Translations under genes and position numbers: made by a program
Shown: in pieces, positions 54,961 to 64,000 of the stretch
Numbering within the stretch: position 1 is the stretch's first letter
Layout: each line of letters begins with the position of its first letter
The notes under the pieces: generated by a model
What the model was told of the DNA's origin: nothing
The model's database searches: none
Seen by the model: the letters and a program-made list of their open reading frames with translations, nothing else
Origin: Octopus sinensis
Taxonomy: Eukaryota
Assembly: GCF_006345805.1 (NCBI RefSeq)
Contig: NC_043006.1
Span: forward strand, 63,054,001-63,118,000
Direction: 5' to 3'
Length of the DNA stretch: 64,000 nt

Positions 54961-55129
54961 GTGTTGTACTGATATAATGTAGGATAAATATAGTAGTAGT
55001 AACAATAATCCTCGGATAGAATTTATAAACATGTAATGCATCGCTGCGCACGTTTCCACAGTCCAACTGTCTCCTCAGGTCACAGTCCATATTCCTGGGA
55101 TTATTACGATGTAGTCCGTAGATCCGGGA

Positions 55130-55560
55130 GCATTGGGTAGATTATCTTCATGGATCCATTTCTTCGGGCGATATAATATTAATGGATGTTAGCCAACGGT
55201 TTGCTTGTCCCTTTTGACCAGAACGTAAGTTATTTGAGTTATTTAGTTATCTCTTTGGAAGGAATTTCAGTTTAGGGGGAAGGAGGTGTGTCGTGATGTT
55301 GGACTTATTATGCTATTTATTCTGCAGATGTGAAGGATGGGTCGTACATTCCTTTGTTCGATCTCATTTAAGGCATGATCATCTTAATGAATTCTGAAAT
55401 AAACAGGTCAGCTGGTACACCCACAACAGCCATCAGGTGCAAGGGTTCATTGTCTGAATTGAATTGATAAATGATACTTTCTTAGGGAGACCTTTTAATT
55501 GTTTCTGGTGGTACAGTAGTATAGTGTATATCATCTGAAATATTGATTGGTTTGTTTGTT
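55130..55560 (-). pseudogene. Possible heavily decayed PLE RT fragment
   Basis: Weak: HYTTVPPETI and YQFNSDN...MAVVGVPADLFISEF resemble LYTNVP.EETI and FQFN...MGSP.S..ISE. Confidence 0.3.
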
Positions 55561-55799
55561 TCTTTTTTTTGTATTCCTTCTTTGTTCTATAATATGTTAA
55601 GGGCGGTTGATGTTAATCCGTTTCAATTTTTTTTTTTTTAGTTCCAGAAACGATGTTTTGTTTTTATGTTTACATGATATGATCACCTCGGAATGTCTAT
55701 GTATCATGATATCCCTGGATGTGATAATTACCAGAGTTTCTTTTAGGCATAAGTTGCATACCCGTGATGTTTCGTTTTAAATTTAGATTTAAACTTTAA

Positions 55800-55877
<78 letters not shown>

Positions 55878-58349
55878 ACCAACAGAAACAGGTAGAAACA
55901 ACATCTCCAATAAAAAGAACCGAAACTAACTCCGGCAAAAACAACACCAACAATTACTGCACCACCACCAAAAACAGCAACAACACCAACAGCAGTATCA
56001 GAAATCCTCAAAATAACAACAATAGCTACTTCAAATTAAAAAAAAACCAAACGTTTTCGGATCATTCAGACATATCCTGTAATGAAGAGAACGGCGAGGA
56101 GCCTAAATGGCAAATGGTCACGAAGATCGAGAGAAGAAGAGGAACAAAAACGCACCAACACAAAACTGGCAGATACGAACAAATGGAGGAGATGCCTTTG
56201 AGCAACAATGCTCAAACGACCCCTACACAGCTACACTAATATTGTCAACATCGTTATCATCACTACCACTATCACAGACACCACCACTTTCAGCACAACT
56301 TAATTCACATGCAGAATTTGATCACAAATTACAACACGAACAATATTTCAACATCACTGCCATAAACACGAGCTAGGCACTAATGGGATACGTACACAAC
56401 CATACGATCATGATTCAGACCAATTTCATCACACCGACAACCAACACACCTACAAACATAAAAATTATACAAATACTGCAGAACGCATATAAAACATATT
56501 TTGGAAATTTTACTAAGACGTTAGAAAAAGATTTTACAAAGAATTGCTTGTGGAAACCTCCGCTTCTAACACGTGGAACAGAACACCTACCCCCGCCCCG
56601 CACGAAAATACGGTAATAGCCCTTTCTCCTCTTTTCCGCCCATTTATTTGCTCAACGGGATCTTGCTCAGAATAAGTGTTATAAATGCACCTAGCCTGAG
56701 GTCGCCTTGGAAAATTTGAAACCATTATTGTTGTTGTTGATATTGATGTTTTTCTACATATATAAAAACCACGAAGTAATCTACATGATACCATCCTATA
56801 ATGATATAAACTACAGCTATCTGTGTTATCTGCAACACAAAATAACTGTGTCTTCATATAGTTTAACATATATTTCTGTAACTTCATTCAAGCACGCCGT
56901 GTTAGATGTACTACAAAATTTTAAAGCAACATATTACTATAAAGTTATACCTACACACATGACATTCCAACATCTTTTTTCCTTCCATTACATCCAACAG
57001 GCTATACGGAATTCTATCCTTTGTTATCATATTCTATACACAAAGAGAAAAAACTAAAACATTACAAAGAAGTTGGCAGTTATAACATATATTTCTATAA
57101 CATCACACAAGATTTTACCTCAGTGGAGCTTCATGTAACGCATTATTTCATGTAAAATACATGGCGTATAATATGTTTCACTTATATGATAGAGACAGAA
57201 AAGTTTTAAATATTATCCAATAACTGCTTTTGTCATAATTCAGATACAAGAGGCAACTTGTTTTATCACACCAATTGCCAATATAATCCATAGTGAAAAC
57301 GTGTAACATCTTCAGCAGAAGTTTTCTAAATATGTGCCGAGAATGGGGTAAAACTAAACTTCCGTGAAAGACAACAGTTTCAGTGTGTTTCTGAGAGTGA
57401 CCTACAGAAAAATGGGAAAACTGTAACTAATCTGGTTGAAGGCATGTGGCCTAATGGTTAGGATGCTCGGCTCAGGATCATAAGGCTACTGATTCAATTC
57501 CTGGAACCGGGAAGCGCGTGGTTTCCATGAACTAAATACAGTTGTAATGCGTGCTAAGCAGTTACTAGAGCAGCTCACTTTTTATTCAGTTCTTACATTC
57601 TGGATGTTCTGTTGGGTCTAGGATGAAGGTGGAACCGCGAGGTTATTTATGTCTCTTCACGACTACATCAACTTCACAAACCATTAAAAGAGTTATCAAG
57701 TCATACTCGATCGTAAGTGACGTCTGACAGTAATTTACGTAGTATTAGGAGGATTAAATATGGCTGCCATATCATTTGGTGTGCGTGAAATGATAGCATT
57801 AATTTAAATAATTCAGTCAAGTAATTCTACACACAAAGTAAAAAATAAACAAATAAAAAAATGTCGTTTTGAAATTCTCGAAGATAATATTTATTATTCA
57901 GATTCAGTGTCAGAATTTTTGAACGATTTGGCCTTCAGCATGATAAGTACTGTTCGTTTAACTCCATAACAACCAACGCAACATTACCTTCAGATAAAGT
58001 GAACAGGCTGAAGAACGCCAGCCTTGAAAGAGGAAGAAAGGCATTAAATACCTCCATTAATTTATATCTTTTTTCCTGTATTTCTTTTCTACTTTTTCCT
58101 TATGATTTCGTTCCGTCTCTTCATTTGTACCATAATCTCCCACTCTCTTTCTCTACCATTCTCTTTCTCCCAGTTTAACATATATACATATGTGTGAATG
58201 GGTGTGCTTGTGTGTGTATGTGAATGTGTGTGCGTGTGTAAGTGTGTGTATGTGTGTGCATGAGTTCGTGTGTACTTCTGCGTGCCTATGCTTGTATGTG
58301 TACGTATATGTATATATATGTATGTATTTATACACACACACACACATAT

Positions 58350-58636
58350 GTGATGGACTCTTCCTTCAAAGATGACGTATGATGGTTCAGCTTTTGCCGA
58401 ACGACCTGCACAAATGATTTGTTTATAGTGATGAAATGTTCGTGCGCCACATTAGATCACTCTCTCGATCACATCGACGTTGTCTGAACAGGCGCACGGT
58501 GTACCATGCGTCAGATGAGGAAGTAAACGCAGAGCAGCTTGGGATGAAGATGCTTGCTCAAGAACACAATGCACCACCCGGTCTAGGAATTGAAAACACG
58601 ATCTGGCGATCGTTAGTCCAACACCCTGACCACTAA
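58350..58636 (-). mobile_element. SINE family C (tRNA-like head at ~58636)
   Basis: The minus strand begins TAGTGGTCAGGGTGTTGGACTAACGATCGCCAGATCGTGTTTTCAATTCCTAGACC (A/B-box-like), followed by TGTGTTCTTGAGCAAG (CORE-like). Confidence 0.75.
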
Positions 58637-58829
58637 TCCCAGTATCTGATATATATATAATATATAACATAAAGTATATATAATATATATGTATATACAC
58701 ATATATAGTAGATAAATAGATAGACAGGCAGATAGGTCGACAGACAGACAAACAGACACACAGGCAAACACACAGACAGACAGACAGACAGGCAGGCAGA
58801 CAGACAGACAGACAGACAGACAGATAGAT

Positions 58830-58919
<90 letters not shown>

Positions 58920-59347
58920 TAAACAGGTGAATGAAATACCTGTAAATACCGATATAACCAAACTCAAACCAAAATCACTTCGCCAGAGTTGACCTCCATG
59001 TACGCCTCGTCACCCCCTTTCAGTATCTATGCCTCACACATCTCCACTGCTTTACTCCACACTTCAACCCGTTTGAGCGTATAAAGCTCAAGAAGAAAAT
59101 AGCTTGAGTGAAAGAACTTGGGCCGCTTTAGGATAGCCTTTTCTAACACATGACTCATCAGTAACGTGGCTGAGATCTCATTGGTTAGTAATAAATGCTT
59201 ATTGGCTGTATGTAGCCCATAGCGGTCATACGTACGCATGCACGACTGCTCGCACAACGTTTTTCGATAGAGGGAGAAATGTAAAAAATGTATTTAAATA
59301 GACGAAGTGCAAAAAATTTTAAATAAGTAATGTTGTAGGGAGAACGT

Positions 59348-62329
59348 AACAGGACAAAGATCCCGTTCCTGAGAGACTTTGTTGCATGCAATCAAGCCTT
59401 ATGCATAGCACTTACAGAAACGCACCTGAAACCGGACATAGCAGATGCGGAGTTACACATACCACAGTATGCTGTACTACGGACCGACAGGAAAGAAAGG
59501 AGTCATGGAGGTGTTGCTATGTACATCCGTGAGGACCTCACACCCCAGGTCCTCTTGTCATACTCAAACTCGGTGTGTGACACACTAATTGTACATATTA
59601 GGCAACTGAGTAGTTGTGTGTGCTACATATCGCCTCCAGATGCCCCAAGCCATGTGGGCAAGTTTGAAGACTGCCTTATAAAAATAGAAGAAATTCTAAC
59701 CACATTAGAAAAAACACATAGGTGTGCTTCTTATGGGAGACTTCAATCTGCCAATGTCAGATGGCCCGAGGGCCTTTCTCTCCCAGGAATGACAAGATGT
59801 GAACGAGGACAGGCGAGGTCCCTCCTGAACCTCATCAACACCCTGTACATGGAGCAGGTAATACTCCAACCAACCAGGGCAGGTAACACACTGGATCTCT
59901 GCTTCACAAATGACATGGATCTCATCCATAATGTGAAAGTGACACCGACACTACTCTCGGATCACAACATGATAGAGCTGACCATGTACGGGCCAAAAGA
60001 GAGCACGGACATGCAGCTACAAGAAACCCTCAAAATCTTTCCAGCTTGAACTACCATAAGGCAAACTGGAAACAAATTGAGAAAGAGATCCTCAAACAAA
60101 ACTGGCCTAATGTCTCTCCTCGCCAGACATCGACGTGAACTTCAACATTCATGTCTGTAATGCAAGCCATATGCTACAAATGTGTCCCAGAGAGAAAGGC
60201 CACTGTACACAAGAACAAAATCCCCAGAGAGAGGAAAATTTTAATGAGACGGCGTACGAAATTTTCAAATCGCCTAAACAAACAGATTGAAAGCAGTGAA
60301 AAGTCCCGCCTAAAAATAAAACTGTTGGAAATCGAAAAATGTCTGCAACTCTCCCATGAAAAAGAAAGAGCAGACAAAGAAGCCTGGGCTATAGAAAACA
60401 TAAAATCTAACCCCAGAGCTGTCTACAGGTATGCCGAAGAAACAGCTACGGTGCACTGTAGAATAGGGCCACTCCTCGAAAAGGATGGCACACTTACAGG
60501 AAAACCAATGAGGGTAAGTGAAATACTGAATGAGCAATTCAAGAGTGTTTTCACTCCACCCCTTGGGCATCTCCAAATCACCAATCCAACTGACTTTTTT
60601 ACCACTGCAGATATAAAATCAGAGGCGGCGACGATAGATTACATCGATATAAAGGAAGACGATGTAACCAAGGCTATAGATGAAATGAAAACAGACTCAG
60701 CTACTGGCCCCGATGGATTCCCGGCAATCCTCCTAAAAGCATGTAAGAGAGTCCTAGCAAGACCACTGTAGTTCCTCTTTCAGAGCTTCCTTGCAGCTGG
60801 CAAACTTCCAGGAAAACTGAAGGAAGGTAAAATATGCCCCATTCATAAAGGAGGTAGCAGAGCGGAAGCCAAGAACTATAGACCTATCTCTCTGACCTCA
60901 CACATCAGCAAGGTCATGGAACGAATAGTCAGAAGGAAGCTGATCACCTTCCTTGAAGAGAATGACTTACTGCCCGACACCCAACATGGTTTCCGACCAG
61001 GGAGAAGCTGTTTAACTCAGCTCCTACAACACTATGACTGGGTGCTGAAACGGCTGCTCAACCACTCAAATGTGGAAGTGATATATCTCGACTTTGCAAA
61101 GGCCTTGATAAAGTCGATCATGGAATGATATGTCGCAAACTGCGTGATCTCAACATAGTTGGAAAACTGGGAGAATGGCTTCATGACTTTCTGAAGGATA
61201 GAAGTCAGGTGGTAGTAGCCAATGGGGCCACCTCCATTAACACACAAATAGTGAGCGGTGTTCCGCAGGGCACTGTTCTGGGACCACTACTGTTCATAAT
61301 GGCCCTCTCAGACATGCCCTCAGCCACGCAGAGAGCCACGATCACAAGTTATGCAGATGATACAAAAGTTTCACAGGCAATACAGAACCCTGAGGACACT
61401 AAACACCTGCAATGTGAGCTGGACGAAATATACAAGTGGGCTGAAAAGAATAGCATGCAGTTCAATGCTGGAAAGTTTCAAGCTTTTTATACTATCAGCA
61501 TGCAAAACTGAATGCAATACCCAATGAATACACTGGACCCGGAGGGATTGCAATCCCAGAGGCACAATCAGTGCGTGACCTGGGTATTCACATGAGTGAT
61601 GACGCGACCTTTCATGTACATGTTGCTAAACTGACAATGAATGTAGACGGCTGGCTGGATGGATTCTTAGAACCTTTAGAACAAGAGAACAAGAAACCAT
61701 GATGGTCCTCTGGAAGACACTTGTCCTAAGCCACTTTGACTATTGCTCTCAGCTATGGTCACCATCCAGTGTCAAGTTGATCACAGAACTTGAGGCGATC
61801 CAACGAAGCTACACAAAGAAGATAGCCTCTATGCAGAATGTAAGCTACTGGGAAATACTCAAGAGATTAAAATTATATTCCCTGGAGCGTAGGCGGGAAA
61901 GATATGCCATAATATACATCTGGAAGATCCTGGAGGGAAGTGTCCTGAACTTTGGCATCGAGAGTACGCAAATGCCAGAACTGGGCGCCACTGCGTGGTG
62001 CCTAGGACTCCAAACCTGCCATCAAGATGTAGGACAAGATTCTGTGATAGCCTGGGCTTCCGAGGCCCACAGCTCTTCAATATCCTCCCGAAGAACCTGA
62101 GAGACCTGCATGGGGTGGATACAGATGTCTTTAAAATGAAGCTGGATCTCTTCCTGTCAGGTGTCCCAGATGAACCAACTTCACGGCAGGAGGGGCAGAT
62201 GAGGGCAGCTGCATCGAACTCTCTCATGCACCAAATAGCAGTTGCTAGAAAGCCTCCATGAAGTGAAACCAAGTAGCAACACCAAATGGCGGTGCTCCAA
62301 CATGGCCACAGCTCATAAGCTGAAACTAG

Positions 62330-62361
<32 letters not shown>
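59348..62361 (+). mobile_element. 5'-truncated CR1/L2-group non-LTR retrotransposon: disrupted ORF2 (APE + RT), 3' UTR and (ATCA)n tail
   Basis: APE motifs CIALTETHLKPD, RTDR..RSHGGVAMYI, PTRAGNTLDLCF and SDHNMI. RT motifs ATGPDG, NYRPISLTSHISKVMERIV, QHGFRPGRSC, YLDFAKA, SGVPQGTVLGPLLF and YADD. C-terminal LYSLERRRER and KLDLFLSGVPDEP. There are several stops and frameshifts, e.g. TAG at ~60769 and a frameshift near 61105. (ATCA)n runs 62331-62361. Confidence 0.93.
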
Positions 62362-62363
<2 letters not shown>

Positions 62364-63050
62364 GCCGTAAACATAAAGGTATTTACGCACGAAAAAACTG
62401 AAATACACTGAACTCAGTTTTTAGACAGATGTGGCAAAACTGAAATTAAACATAGTGGGCGAAAAAAATTTTAAATAACTAAATTATTTTTCAGGTAAAA
62501 CGTACAAAAACCGTAAGAACAGAGATATTTACGCCCGACTACTTGAAATACAGAATTTAGTAAGTGTGTGAGTTAAAGAGAGGTAGAGTGAGAGAGAGAG
62601 AGAGAGAGTGAAAGAAACTGATATAGAGAAGAACTATTACACCGGGTTGGGAAGAATATGTGTAAGCAAAAGAAACAGTGAATGAGAAAAAGAGAGAGAA
62701 GAGAGAAAAGGGAGACAATCGGTTGAAAACTGCAGAATTTTTTTAGAGAAAAGCCGTGTAAAACACCGGTTATTCCGTTTTCACTCTTTACGCTGGAGCT
62801 CTGGGCAAATGTTATCGTGTATGACCATCCTTGGCATATAAGTAATGTGCGTGTAAAGTTTGGTGAAAATCGGTTGAAAACTGTAGAAATGCATGCGTAC
62901 TACACACACATACGCTCAATCACACACGCACACACATCCTTTGTTTTATATACAAAGACTAACGGGACCCGTGAATATTCCACGGAATTAATGGTAAACA
63001 TTATTTATATACTTTAAACACAATTTTATAGACTTAGTACACAATACTCA
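62362..63050 (-). mobile_element. Non-autonomous Helitron-like sequence with an end-to-start junction at 62959/62958
   Basis: Minus strand: hairpin CCGTG-GAATATT-CACGG (62985-62969), then GTCCCG-TTAG, immediately followed by TCTTTGTATATAAAAC (a 5'-TC type start). Confidence 0.5.
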
Positions 63051-63659
63051 TAAAATAAATATTCACACTTATTATCCATTTTTTCCATGTGCAAAAAGTA
63101 ACCCGTACATATGATACAACCTTTAGGGAAATTTGAAATAACATATATCTCCCACATAAATAAGCGAATATTTAACGGAATTGTACTAATGCACATGCGT
63201 TAAGTGATAGGCGATATAAAAATAAAACTTAGTTATATTAAAAAAAGTATACACATTTCACTATCCAATCACCACCGCCATCTCCGACACCACCACCACC
63301 ACCATCATCATCTCTCTCTCTCCCCTTTTCTGCCTTTCTGTAACTTCACCATCAGAACACTCCTCTGCTTAAATTATTACCTTCCCCCTACTTCACGTCA
63401 TGGACGCTTTTCTCTCCCTCATTTTTCTCTCTTTTTTCTCCCTCTTTCTGTCTCATTCTTGCCTTATCCTCTTTCTCTCTGTCTTTTTCCTTCTCATCTT
63501 TTTCCCTTCAAGTAATCACGTGAAAGCGTTACAATTAAATTCCCTCTACCTCATGTCCACCTCTTTCTCTGCCACCCTCCTTTTTTGCCCTATCTTTTCT
63601 TTCTCCTCCTTATTATCTAATCATATGAAAGCGTTACCGACAGGCTAAGTAACGCAATG

Positions 63660-63800
63660 ACAAGCAGAATTTGCCATCGACTTTGCCTTTCAATATTCAG
63701 GGTCGATAAATTAAGTACCAGTAAAACACTGGTGTCGATGTAATCAACTAGTCTCCTCCCCCAAATTTCAGGCTTTATGCCAATAATAGAAAGGATTATT
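63660..63800 (+). mobile_element. SINE family A, 3' fragment
   Basis: CGACTTTGCCTTTCAATATTCAGGGTCGATAAATTAAGTACCAGT...GTCGATGTAATC...AGAAAGGATTATT. Confidence 0.75.
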
Positions 63801-64000
63801 ATCATTATTATTAAAGATGTTGCACAGTATTCAATATTGGATAGTATCTACTGGTGGATTGTATTGTCCGTTAAGTCGCAACAAGGACCTCAGGCAGACA
63901 GTACTTTACGCAATATGCATGCAGTTTACCAAGATTGTGGGGAATTTCTTCAGGTTGGGTGGTATTGAACCCAAAGCTCCGATGACAACTGGGACAACCT

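Noticed and set aside
56045-56075. Minus-strand CTGAATGA-TCC-GAAAACGTTT
   Set aside because: Extra base in the core, no stem II and no stem I complementarity.

Overview
AT-rich, microsatellite-dense animal intergenic or intronic DNA. The SINE families look like those of coleoid cephalopods (Octopus); this is recall-based inference, not a database result. I could not support any intact host protein-coding gene, tRNA, rRNA or CRISPR array; nearly all listed ORFs are translated microsatellites. The window is a transposon graveyard. It holds a ~3 kb 5'-truncated CR1/L2-group LINE (59348-62361) and RTE, Tx1/L1, Tigger and mariner fragments. It also holds several Penelope-like element (PLE) remnants, Helitron-like ends and at least three tRNA-headed SINE families. 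Best second-look items: (1) two type I hammerhead ribozymes with intact cores (minus strand 5936-6027 and 23251-23318, the latter just upstream of a PLE RT remnant), plus core-variant and decayed copies; (2) a 908-bp apparently perfect palindrome with a 6-nt loop (31785-32692), overlapping an older inverted duplication; (3) a SINE 3' tail shared with the LINE 3' end, with covarying hairpin stems; (4) a head-to-tail Helitron-type junction. All coordinates and alignments were read by eye. Repeat boundaries are approximate, while ribozyme and palindrome coordinates were counted base by base.
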